Source: a virus
Direction: 5' to 3' (one strand)
Length of the DNA: 64,000 nucleotides
Virus record (IMG/VR): IMGVR_UViG_3300045988_060821
Coordinates: 80,819 to 144,818 of that record
The position numbers were made by a program, and so were the translations under genes. Below, piece after piece: positions 54,157 to 63,707 of this stretch. Numbering within the stretch: the stretch's first letter is position 1; every line of letters starts with the position of its first letter. Below the pieces are notes generated by a model. It was not told the DNA's origin. It saw nothing but the letters and a program-made list of their open reading frames with translations, and ran no database searches.

Positions 54157-56055
54157 TTACTCAAAATTGAAACCGAGTTCGTTAGCATTATCGTAGATAT
54201 ACTGCTTGCGCGGTTCAACTGCGCTGCCCATCAGAATATTGAGTAATTCTGTGGTTTTCTCTGCGTCAGAGATAGAAATACACTTATATCTCTCATTCAT
54301 AAAGCAGACCTTCTGCAAATCTTCAGGATTCAACTCGCCAAGGCCCTTAGCACGCAGTAAATCATACGAGCCGTTATGACTATTCTTCCACTCTGTTAAT
54401 TCATCTTCGGAGTAACAGTAATACTCTTTTCCTTTTTGACGAATAATATACAATGGAGTTACAGCCCTGTATAGCTTACCAGCTTCCACGAGAGGCCGCA
54501 TATAGGTATAGAAGAAAGTGATAAGCAGAAGTTCAATGTCTGCGCCATCACTATCTGCATCAGAAGTAATGACAATCTTGTCAAAATTCATCTTGTTGAC
54601 ATCAAAAGAAGAATCAAATCCAGCGCCAATTACACGCACAATATCTGACATCTCTTGATTCGCAAGAATCTTGTCTACCGCAGTTTTCAGCGGAGAGACA
54701 ATCTTTCCGCGCAACATATAGATGCAGTCAGTCTTGGGGTTGCGGGCCTCCACCGCAGATGCGCCTGCGGACAAGCCCTCTACGAGAAGCAGGTTACGAT
54801 TTTTAGGATTTTTATTTGTGCAATCAATAAATTTGTTACTGATTTGCATTTTTGCCTTAAGACCAGTTTCCTTTTTCGCTTTTACACCACGGGCTGCATC
54901 TCTTGCCTTACGAGCAGCTTCTCTAGCCTTACGAGCATTAAGTGCCTTATCCGCGATTCCCTTAATATCTTTCTCATTAGCGGCAAACCAATATTGAAGC
55001 TCCTCTGCGATCGTCGCAGTAAAAGGCTTCATATCGAGTTTAACAACTCTACTCTTGGTCTGAGCGTCATATGCAACGCCGGGAGCGGTTACATTAAAGG
55101 CAATATACATACCTTCTTGACAATCTTCACCAGTAAGATTTTCGTCCTTATCTTTTAGCCACCCTTTTTCACGAAAGAATTTATTCATCTCTCTCGTGAG
55201 GATGGTTTTAATCTGCGTAATATGCGGACCTGAATCTGTAAGACCAGTATTTACATAAGGAACAATGGTCGCAGAATAAGCATTTGTATAGGTCAGAACT
55301 AAATCCAGCTTGTTCTTGCCATCAGAAAAATTGAAGTTTAAGCGATTCTTCAAGATTTCCTTACCCTTAACTGCTTCATCTACTAAGTCCATAAGACCAT
55401 TCTTCGAAGCGAAGATAATCTGCGGCTGGCCCTCTCTATTCAACTCGATAGTCAGACCGGGGCACAGGCACGCAATTACCTTAAAAAGATTGGTAATGAC
55501 AGGTATATCTACCTCTGGATGCGTGAAGAACTCTTCATTAGGTTGCCACTGAACCAGAGTACCAGAGGGACTATTCTTGTTATCCCATGCGCCAGTATCT
55601 CGTTTATCAAAGACACCTTCCTTAAACCAGATATGCTCATACTTACCATCTCGATGAGTAATTACCTCAAGCCAATGAGACAGATAAGTGGTCAGCTTAC
55701 TACCAATACCATTCAAACCAAGAGCAGTACCTTCATAAACGCCATCGTCAGAATACTTACCAGAAGTGTTTAGCACGCTAAAAGACGCTTCAAGTACAGT
55801 CTTACCATCATCACGCATGGCATTAGGAATAAATCCCTGACCGTTATCTTCTACGATAATAGTATTATCCTTTTTAATAGTAACAATAATCTTATTACCG
55901 TGACCCGCCTTAAATTCATCGACTGCGTTAGAGACAATCTCAATCAATAGCTGAGTAGAATACTCAGTGCTGCCGACGTAAACGCCCGGCCGCAGTCTTG
56001 TAAACTCTAATGGAGAAAGTGACTCGATTGATTTCTCGTCATATAGTTTTCCCAT
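54157..56055 (-). CDS. Type IIA topoisomerase B-subunit (GyrB-like; T4 gp39-like ATPase plus TOPRIM) (632 aa).
   Basis: GHKL ATPase motifs (EIVSNAVDE, DNGQGF, GLNGIGSK) and TOPRIM (LLVEGLSAG...DADSDG). Confidence 0.9.
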   Translation of the reverse strand: MGKLYDEKSIESLSPLEFTRLRPGVYVGSTEYSTQLLIEIVSNAVDEFKAGHGNKIIVTIKKDNTIIVEDNGQGFIPNAMRDDGKTVLEASFSVLNTSGKYSDDGVYEGTALGLNGIGSKLTTYLSHWLEVITHRDGKYEHIWFKEGVFDKRDTGAWDNKNSPSGTLVQWQPNEEFFTHPEVDIPVITNLFKVIACLCPGLTIELNREGQPQIIFASKNGLMDLVDEAVKGKEILKNRLNFNFSDGKNKLDLVLTYTNAYSATIVPYVNTGLTDSGPHITQIKTILTREMNKFFREKGWLKDKDENLTGEDCQEGMYIAFNVTAPGVAYDAQTKSRVVKLDMKPFTATIAEELQYWFAANEKDIKGIADKALNARKAREAARKARDAARGVKAKKETGLKAKMQISNKFIDCTNKNPKNRNLLLVEGLSAGASAVEARNPKTDCIYMLRGKIVSPLKTAVDKILANQEMSDIVRVIGAGFDSSFDVNKMNFDKIVITSDADSDGADIELLLITFFYTYMRPLVEAGKLYRAVTPLYIIRQKGKEYYCYSEDELTEWKNSHNGSYDLLRAKGLGELNPEDLQKVCFMNERYKCISISDAEKTTELLNILMGSAVEPRKQYIYDNANELGFNFE

Positions 56056-56057
56056 AT

Positions 56058-56561
56058 TTAACCTCCATACATATCTAATACTTGCTGTTCTGTAATCTTG
56101 CCTGTTGCTAACTGATCAGCAAGCTCATTAAACAGCGTTCCATTATGCCCTTTTACATATCTTAAATCAACCTGTAATCCTTCTTTAGTGGTTAATCTAT
56201 CATATTCGAGAATTAAGTCCTTATTCTCTAAGGGTTTATTACCGGCACGAACCCAGCCATTTGCCTTCCAATTCTTAATCCAATTAGTGAAGCTATTTAC
56301 GCAATACATAGAATCACTATAAACAATAGGAATGAAGAAGTCACCGTCTTTCGCGCCATAATGGGTTAATGCCCACAAGATTGCGGACATTTCCATTCTA
56401 TTGTTTGTGGTGCCATCTGCGCGTTCAGAATACGCCGCGACAACTTTATAGGTTGACGGGTCTTGGTGTGGTTCAGCTTCACAAACTACAACTCCAAAAC
56501 CACCTTTTGCGTCTTTCGCGCCATTTTTTAAGGTTGAGCCGTCTGTATATATCACTATCAT
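56058..56561 (-). CDS. rnhA: RNase H (type 1).
   Basis: IVIYTDGS...NNRMEM...SDSMYC...KGH motifs. Confidence 0.85.
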   Translation of the reverse strand: MIVIYTDGSTLKNGAKDAKGGFGVVVCEAEPHQDPSTYKVVAAYSERADGTTNNRMEMSAILWALTHYGAKDGDFFIPIVYSDSMYCVNSFTNWIKNWKANGWVRAGNKPLENKDLILEYDRLTTKEGLQVDLRYVKGHNGTLFNELADQLATGKITEQQVLDMYGG

Positions 56562-56663
56562 TCGCTATACCTCAAATACTTCATTTATTTTTAAGTTCTC
56601 CTTTTTTATTTCTGAATATATAATACCATATATTTTATGAAAAATCAAGCTTAAAATAAGAAA

Positions 56664-56700
56664 AAGGCTTAGTAGACTATTAAGTCTACTAAGCCTTTAA
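56664..56700 (-). terminator. Rho-independent terminator for the minus-strand lysis transcript (AAGGCTTAGTAGACT-ATTAA-GTCTACTAAGCCTT, T-run on the minus strand).
   Basis: 14-bp inverted repeat just downstream of the holin-like gene. Confidence 0.75.
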
Positions 56701-56702
56701 TA

Positions 56703-57026
56703 TTAAATGGTTGCTTCATCCTCGACTACTTGCTGCTATTGTTTCTCACACATAGCTAAATCATAAGTAATCCCACCCTTGCGGTGATCGGATTTACTCA
56801 TGTTTAAGTAAAAAGAGCAAACAATACCATGCGCAGACCATGGCAATCCTACTAATGCACTAATCCATGGGAGAGTACCCAGATAACCAAGATGTACGCA
56901 ATAGAAAGCAAGAGCAATACCGGAGATAGTTACAATCCACAAGAGAGAGCGAATGTCGCAAATAAGCTATTTAGAAAATTCTTTTTTCTAGCTATGTTTT
57001 CCTTTTCCTCTTGTTTGACGACCCAT
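56703..57026 (-). CDS. Holin-like small membrane protein (about 107 aa, 2 TM, charged termini). Its ATG overlaps the endolysin TAA (TAATG); 3 recoded TAG.
   Basis: ORF 56736-56942 extends upstream through TAGs to an ATG at 57026 and downstream through TAG 56736 to TAA 56703. Two hydrophobic helices, located immediately after the endolysin. Confidence 0.45.
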
Positions 57027-58432
57027 TATTGACCACTCTTTTCAGCATAACGCTTTAGAACAGCCGCAAATTCGCCACGAGTCATAAAGCGTTTTGGCAT
57101 CAACTGACCTTTTTCATTGCCATTGATTAAGCCATTAGCCTGTGCCCAAGTCATTGCGTCTTGCTCCCAGGTGACTGGTTGCGCAGCGAGCTGACTAAGA
57201 TATACATTCATCATTTCATTGAATTTTTCTTGAGTCATGTCTTCATCATCCTCCTCGATAACTTTAGACTGCATTAAAGCAGCAACATCTTTGCGAACGG
57301 TTGTCATATCTTTGCCATATTTCTTGAACCAATGGTATACATCAGCATGGTTACTACCGAGGCCCAACTGATAGCTATCTTGATGGCAGAGAATGGTTGG
57401 AACTGTTACGCCATTTACATTTACAGAACCATTTGGATTGATATTATATGTCTTACATAAGTAGGCTGTCAATTCGCAAGCCTCTTTGTAGACTTTAGCG
57501 AAGTAATCGGGGTCACTTAGATTGTCTTCGCAGATTTCAAACTGAATCCATCCAGTATTACAGCTACCTTTAGAGCCTGAGCCGCAACCCCAAGGTCTAT
57601 AATTCCAAGGTAGTGTTTGTACTGCGGCTACGCTTCCGTCAGCAAGAGCACCAATCCAAGCGTTTACACCAGCCTGCTATGAGCTATGATTCCAATCGGT
57701 TCTACTGGTATTTTTACCAATTTTAGTAATCAGAGATTGATAGTTCTTGTCGTTCTCAGACGGTTGAACATAACGCTTAATAGTTTTATTATTGGCGCCT
57801 GTACTGTGCCAGAGGACGCCTTTAATATCCATCTTGCGGGTTTGCTTATAACAAGTGCTATTAGTCATCATGCAAACCAATGGGTGATTAGCGTTTGAAT
57901 ATTTCATCTTAGCTATTTCCTCCTTTTGCGTTGAATAAATATTGAAGTAACGTTGGCTATATAACGCACGCTATTTTAGTGTGCTAGAGCTCTGATCTGC
58001 CGGTCTTTCAAACTGAGTGACCACCAAATTAGATGCTTCTTCAACAGATGAGGTAGTCTTCAAGATTTTTAATAGCTAGGAGTAACTTGTAGTTAGTTCC
58101 TGATATAAAAAATCTAGTTGGGTGTTTAAGTCACCAATAGACTTTCCTCGACTTTTACACAGCTAAAACAGACCTTGCTTGCGGCTCCAATATGTCCATT
58201 GAGCTAAACCATATCCCGCAGAATCATGCGTGAAATTGGTATAGGAGCCGTTATCAACAGCCGCAGTATACGAGGCATCGTTCATTCCTAACTTACTCTC
58301 ATATGAGTTCTATAAGTTAGTTGGAATAAGTCCGCTTTCCGCGAATAGATTCCCCATTAGACCTGCGGCACCGCAGTTACTTAATCCTTTTGATTTGAGA
58401 TAATCCCAAATAACTTGAGCATTATCCGCCAA
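57026..58432 (-). CDS. Three-domain endolysin: N-terminal lysozyme-like (phage tail lysozyme family) domain, central Amidase_2 (N-acetylmuramoyl-L-alanine amidase) and C-terminal SLH cell-wall-binding domain. About 468 aa with about 6 recoded TAG.
   Basis: One frame runs from TTG 58432 (SD box GGAGGTGAGG) through pieces 57677-57907 and 57026-57472. N-terminal domain motifs AGLMGNLFAESG...GYGLAQWT...FERP. Amidase_2 motifs LWHSTGANN...NAWIGALADGSV...GWIQFEICE...ILCHQD. SLH domain W..DAMTWAQANGLINGNEKGQLMPKRFMTRGEFAAVLKRY. Confidence 0.8.
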
Positions 58433-58454
58433 TGACCTCACCTCCAATTAGGAT

Positions 58455-58490
58455 ATAAAAATAGGTCGAGGGATTTCTCCCTCGACCTCA
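58455..58490 (-). terminator. Stem-loop terminator (GGTCGAGGGA-TTTC-TCCCTCGACC) between the phoH-like and endolysin genes.
   Basis: 10-bp perfect inverted repeat. Confidence 0.65.
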
Positions 58491-58493
58491 TTA

Positions 58494-59867
58494 TTAAATT
58501 TTATCAGCGATAGAAGCAATCTTACTACGATAGATATTCTTAAGAGTTACCTCTCCATAAATATCCTTACCTCTGAATACTTTTGATACTCTCCGCATAC
58601 CATTGTTTGCACCAGAGAAGTGAATATCATCAACCTGAGTTTTTTCATCACCATCAATAATGCAAATACAATCTTCGCCAACACGCTGTAGAGCGAGTTT
58701 CATTAGTGTGCGGTCAAGGTTCTAAGCTTCAGAAATATAGATACCTGCGTTCATACCAGAAGTATCATAACCACGAATATCAGAGAATGGTAGTAAAACT
58801 AATTTACCTTCTGCGATCAGTCTCTCAACTTCCTCTCGACCACCAAACTTACTACTTAGCAAGTTACCAATCTGAGAGTCAAGTAGCTTTTCATCTTTTG
58901 TCCCAGGATAGTATCCGAGACGAGCAGAGTTAGCAGTAGCAACAGTATTGCAGAAGATAATAATTTTATCTAGTTCATGGGCTTCCATTTTTGCCATTAA
59001 ATAAGCCAAAGAAACGAAAGTCTTTCCGCTACCAGCTGGACCTTTAACAAGAGTTAGTTTGTTATTACGCAAACTATCAAATAGCATCTTCTGATAAATA
59101 TCTCCAGAATATGGAGAAATCTTACCAAACCACTTAGAGTTAATAGTCTTAGAAGAAAGGTATCTGAACTCTTCGCCTGTCCAAACCCGCAAATCGACAA
59201 TCTCTCCATTGCTATTTTTCAGGATAAGATACTGTCCTGGTAATAGGTTAAAGGAATTATCGTTCGGGTTCTGATAAAACTCTGCTAGAGCTTCGTCGCT
59301 ATAAGTAACTTCAATATAACCAGTATAATCGTCTACTTCTTCTGGAACGCTCTCAATCATTCCATTACCAAAGAAGCAGTTAGCGATATGCTTTAGACTT
59401 AAATCGTTAGTTACAAAGACAATATCTTTTTCTTTGTCGCACGCAATGGCATCAGACAAGATGCGAGTATCATCAGTAACATCGAAACCAGCTTCTTTAA
59501 TTACGAACTCATTGTCTACTTTGTGCGGGATTACTTCATACTTATCTGGATATTCTTCAAATAAATGAAGCAATAGACGAGCCGAATACTTGATGTCAGC
59601 ATCCTTGTTTGAAGCTGTCTTAATTCTCTCTAATTCTTTTAATGTAATTGAGGAAACTAAGAAGGGCTTCTTGTCCTGCTCAAATAGACTTTCTCCGGCT
59701 AACAAAAGGGAGCAAGTATCGTAGAAGTATCTATCTGTTGGAAACCGTACATCATAGTTCATGTTCATCTTCCTCTTCGTATGTAGTGGCAAATCCGATT
59801 GCCCTAGATTGAGTTTCTCCTTCACTAAGTTTATTAATCGCAACATTGTGACGAACAATCCTTTCAT
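58494..59867 (-). CDS. phoH: PIN-domain plus PhoH-like P-loop ATPase (about 457 aa; recoded TAG at 58722-58724).
   Basis: GPAGSGKTF Walker A and LGYYPG PhoH motif. The C-terminal piece 58494-58703 (..IIDGDEKTQVDD..) is in frame via TAG. N-terminal PIN-like region. Confidence 0.8.
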
Positions 59868-60021
59868 TTATATTAGCTTTAATAAGTTCTGTAATAGCAC
59901 TTATAATTTCACTAATACTATTGAGTGTAAGGTGGCACCTACTGTGATAAGGAGAACTCCAATTAAAATATTTACCAATAAAACCACCTCTTATGTTATT
60001 ATAATAAATAAGAGAAGTTCG

Positions 60022-60486
60022 TTAATTATTATCGGCCTTCTGTCTAAAGCGTTTGACAGATTCAATAGCTTTATCTTGACCAAGAATATATTTATGTAAC
60101 ATATTTTTCTCTTTATCAAGAGCCTCTTTAAGTGCGTCGGCTCTATATTTGCAGCGCATCATATTTCGATTAAAAGCGCCTAATGGGTCCACTTCCGCAG
60201 GAGTTTTAACGCCAAGACCTAATACCTCTTGATAAAACTGATTGCGGACATTAAACTTATCTCTCTCTTGCTTATAAAAATATTCAAGGGCTTCAATTCT
60301 TGCTTTTGATAGAGCAATATTATATCCAACTTTTTTAGAGTAGAAACCTTCATCACCCTTACTTAGTACAGCAGCGCCATGAAAAGTATGCCCTTGATAG
60401 CAAATCTTTACATTGGTGATACCTTCTTCTTCCCAATAATCTTTCATAATCACAGGAGCTTTATATATAGCTTTAACCAAATTCAT
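60022..60486 (-). CDS. Hypothetical protein (154 aa).
   Basis: Intact ORF only. Confidence 0.3.
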   Translation of the reverse strand: MNLVKAIYKAPVIMKDYWEEEGITNVKICYQGHTFHGAAVLSKGDEGFYSKKVGYNIALSKARIEALEYFYKQERDKFNVRNQFYQEVLGLGVKTPAEVDPLGAFNRNMMRCKYRADALKEALDKEKNMLHKYILGQDKAIESVKRFRQKADNN

Positions 60487-60666
60487 ATAGTTTTGTTCTC
60501 CTTATTTAATTCTTTATCTATATGATAGCAAAATTTTATAGATAAATCAAATTTGCCCTATTTCTCCGAAAAATTTGCTGGGCCTATGTGCGCGGAAACT
60601 CGGAGATCGACGATGCTAGCGACAAAAAAAAAAGAACCGCGCTCTTACGAACGCGGTTCTTCAAAA

Positions 60667-62163
60667 TTACTCCTTATTGGAGGAGTCTGCCAACTTGCCA
60701 CCGAGGAAACCGGTGAGCAAGGTTTTCACATCAATACCGAGGGATTCGCTCAGTCCCTCAGAAACCTGAGCGACATTCTTGATAATGTTGCCAGACAGCT
60801 TGCTGGTGTCATCACCGAACATCACAATCTTGTCAACATTGGTGTACGCCTGACCGGTAGCCTGAGCAATAGCAGGCAACTGCTGGAAGTACAGCTTGAG
60901 GGCTTCCATCTGCATATCCATCTTGGCGGCTTCGCCGTACTGCTTCATAGCTTCTGCTTTCTTCATAAGACCTTCGGCTTCTGCCTCAGCCTTAGCCTGA
61001 ATCGCGGCAGCCTCAGCTTCACCACGAGCCTTAGTAGCCGCAGCTTCTGCCTCACCCTGAACACGAACAGCTTCAGCCGTAGCACGCTGGGCTTCAGCTC
61101 TTTGCTCTGCCTCAAAGCGCTCGGCTTCCGCAGTCTTCTGACGCTCATACAGGTCTGCCTCAGACTGCTTCTGAGTAGCGTACAGCTTAGCATCAGCTTC
61201 CTGCTGAGCAGCATACTTCTTAGCTTCCGCGGTCTTCTTGACCTCAGCCTCCAGAGCACGCTCCTTAATGGCAACTTCGCGCTCCTTCAAGTCGATTTCC
61301 TTTTCCTGACGAGCAATGTCAGCATCTGCCGCAGCCACATCACGCAGTTTACGCTGGTTCTCAGACTCAATCTCCATAGCAGCATTAGCCTGAGCCTGCT
61401 TGGTATCAGCTTCCTGCTTCAACTGAGCCTTCTGAATAGCCAGACTATTGTTGCGCTTGGCAATCTCTTCCTCAGCCTTTACGCGGGCATCATTAGAAGC
61501 CTTAGCGTTCTCAGCCTCGGCAACCGCAATCTCACGCTGGGCATTAGACTTAGCGATTGCGGCGTCCTTACGGATCTGCTCGACGTTATCAATACCAAGG
61601 TTGGTGATAACATCATTGTCGTCAGAGAAGTTCTGGACATTGAAGGAAACCAGTTCCAGACCGAAACGAGCCAGATCAGGCACAGCATTTTCCTGCACCT
61701 TTTCGGAGAATGCCTTGCGATCACCGACCATCTCGGTCAGCTTCATCTGACCCACAATCTCACGAATATTACCTTCCAGAAGGTCGTTAATCTTCTGTGC
61801 GATCTGATCGCGAGAGACATTTAGGAAGTTCTGAGCAGCAAGAGCAATCATCTCTTCGCTCTGACCCACGCGTACAGAAACGGTAGAATCGACTCGTACA
61901 TTGATGTATTCAGCAGTCGGCACGGCAGAGCCAGTCTTAACATCAATCTGAATGGCTCCTAGTGCCAGCTTATCCAGTCGCTCCAAGAAGGGAATCTTGA
62001 TGCCAGCCTTACCGACCAAAATACGAGGTTTCTTGTGCAGACCAGAAATGATATAGGCAACATCAGGTGGAGCCTTTACATAACCAGAAGCCAAGAGGGC
62101 GATAAGAGCAATAGCAATAATCACCGCAGGAACAAAAGGAAGAATAGTCATCAAAATTTCCAT
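60667..62163 (-). CDS. Flotillin-like SPFH/band-7 protein (498 aa; FloT/YuaG-like). No TAG, with a GC-rich coiled-coil.
   Basis: N-terminal TM anchor, SPFH domain, then a long Ala/Glu-rich (EA-repeat) coiled-coil typical of bacterial flotillins. SD box TTAAGGAG then ATG. Confidence 0.75.
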   Translation of the reverse strand: MEILMTILPFVPAVIIAIALIALLASGYVKAPPDVAYIISGLHKKPRILVGKAGIKIPFLERLDKLALGAIQIDVKTGSAVPTAEYINVRVDSTVSVRVGQSEEMIALAAQNFLNVSRDQIAQKINDLLEGNIREIVGQMKLTEMVGDRKAFSEKVQENAVPDLARFGLELVSFNVQNFSDDNDVITNLGIDNVEQIRKDAAIAKSNAQREIAVAEAENAKASNDARVKAEEEIAKRNNSLAIQKAQLKQEADTKQAQANAAMEIESENQRKLRDVAAADADIARQEKEIDLKEREVAIKERALEAEVKKTAEAKKYAAQQEADAKLYATQKQSEADLYERQKTAEAERFEAEQRAEAQRATAEAVRVQGEAEAAATKARGEAEAAAIQAKAEAEAEGLMKKAEAMKQYGEAAKMDMQMEALKLYFQQLPAIAQATGQAYTNVDKIVMFGDDTSKLSGNIIKNVAQVSEGLSESLGIDVKTLLTGFLGGKLADSSNKE

Positions 62164-62346
62164 GTGTTACTCCTTAATATATTAAATTGTTTTATTTATA
62201 AATCAATGCGTTAGCATTGTTTATCCGTAGTAGCCTCCATCGGGAGGATCTCGCTTATAAGATTTACAAAACCCAGGGATACAGCCACAATTAGGATAGG
62301 TATATATACATTTATTACATCTTATGATAGGGCTTGACTCTTCAAT

Positions 62347-62907
62347 CTACAGCTGCGCCTTACACTCCTCAACCTTCTCATTCATTTCCTTGATAACATC
62401 ATCAAGGAGAACAGGATAACACTCATGAGAGTCAACTCCTACATGGTACATAAATGGAATTTCATTGTAGAAGTTGGAGGTCTGATGGGTATGACCGAAA
62501 AGATTGCAAGTTACTTGCTTGAGGGACTCTTTCTCAAGGTTGCCGGTCAAAGTAGGATAATGAGAAGCATAGAAATGATACTTGCGGTAAGTGAAAGCAT
62601 AAGCGTCAAACACAGGAATACCAGTTCTAAGATAGGCTTCTCTACGATTAGGGGTATCATGGTTACCACCAACCACGAGTTTAAGACCATTCATGCGATT
62701 GAGTAAGGCAAGCCCCTCCTCAAGCTTATCAGCTCCGCCAAGCATGAGATCGCCGCAGATAATAAGTGTATCTTCAGGGGCCACACACTCATTATTCTTC
62801 TTTACGATAGTTTCATTCATCTCTTCAACGCTTTCAAAACCACGGGCTTTCCAGATGAACTCCTTATCGTGATTATAATGGTAATCTGATGATAGCCAAA
62901 TTTTCAA
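62347..62907 (-). CDS. Calcineurin-like metallophosphoesterase.
   Basis: Motifs D.H...GDL.D...GNHD. Confidence 0.7.
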   Translation of the reverse strand: MKIWLSSDYHYNHDKEFIWKARGFESVEEMNETIVKKNNECVAPEDTLIICGDLMLGGADKLEEGLALLNRMNGLKLVVGGNHDTPNRREAYLRTGIPVFDAYAFTYRKYHFYASHYPTLTGNLEKESLKQVTCNLFGHTHQTSNFYNEIPFMYHVGVDSHECYPVLLDDVIKEMNEKVEECKAQL

Positions 62908-62913
62908 TATAAG

Positions 62914-63618
62914 TCACTTCCTTTTAGGTGTTGTAATGGCTTCAATTCTCGACATTCCATTTTTCATACGCTTGTATACTGAATTTTTTGAAATATTATA
63001 AATGGAACACCAATCTTTGAAATTGTGAAATTCTCCATTGATTTCAATTAACTTGCTGGCTTCTTCTATGGGGATGTTATTTGGAATGATTTCCAGTGTT
63101 TCTGGATTATATTCCCTAAATATAAATCCCTTTACTGTTTTATATCTGTTACTACCGGATGCGCATTTTCTAATACTAGCTCTATCAGTTCCTAACTCAT
63201 GAGCTGCGGCAGTTATTGTAGGAAAAAATTTCTTTTCTCCACTTGTTTCTGAAATGGCACAAATGGGTGTTGCCAATTTAGCTCGTACTTCTGGATCATC
63301 AAACGGATATTCTGTGTTTAGAGTTTGATTATATCCATGCTAAGAGGTTAAGCTATTATATTCAATAATTGCATCATGCTCTAATTTATATCTTTCTTCT
63401 GGAGTTTGAATATCTTTTATTAAGATTTGAAAATCAAAATTCTCTATACCATATTTTCTTATGGCTCGATATAATGGATATTCATATCCTGCGCGAGATT
63501 CGAGACGAGCATTTTGCTAATGTTCATACCACCTTGTTGTAAATCCTCGTGACTAGTCACTGGAACCAATATAGGTTTTATGGTTAATCAGATTTTCGAT
63601 TTTATAAATGAAATACAT
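62914..63618 (-). CDS. Free-standing GIY-YIG homing endonuclease with C-terminal NUMOD/IENR-type HTH DNA-binding domains (about 234 aa, 3 recoded TAG).
   Basis: SD box GGAAGGTGATAAA then ATG at 63618. N-terminus MYFIYKIENLINHKTYIGSSD-Q-SRGFTTRWYEH...E..YN..L..GYN. C-terminal piece 62914-63276 carries KKFFPTITAAAHELG...VKGFIFREY HTH modules. TGA stop. Confidence 0.75.
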
Positions 63619-63707
63619 TTTATCACCTTCCATTTATAAATGGAAATTCTTACAGACTCTTTTATTACTTCTGACCTCATCTTTGATAGTCATTGAAAAA
63701 CTTATTC

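Noticed and set aside
60553-61824. 423-aa plus-strand ORF, Leu/Ser/Arg-rich.
   Set aside because: It lies antisense to the GC-rich flotillin gene and has low-complexity composition typical of a shadow ORF. It has no SD box, and the minus-strand frame has clear SPFH homology.
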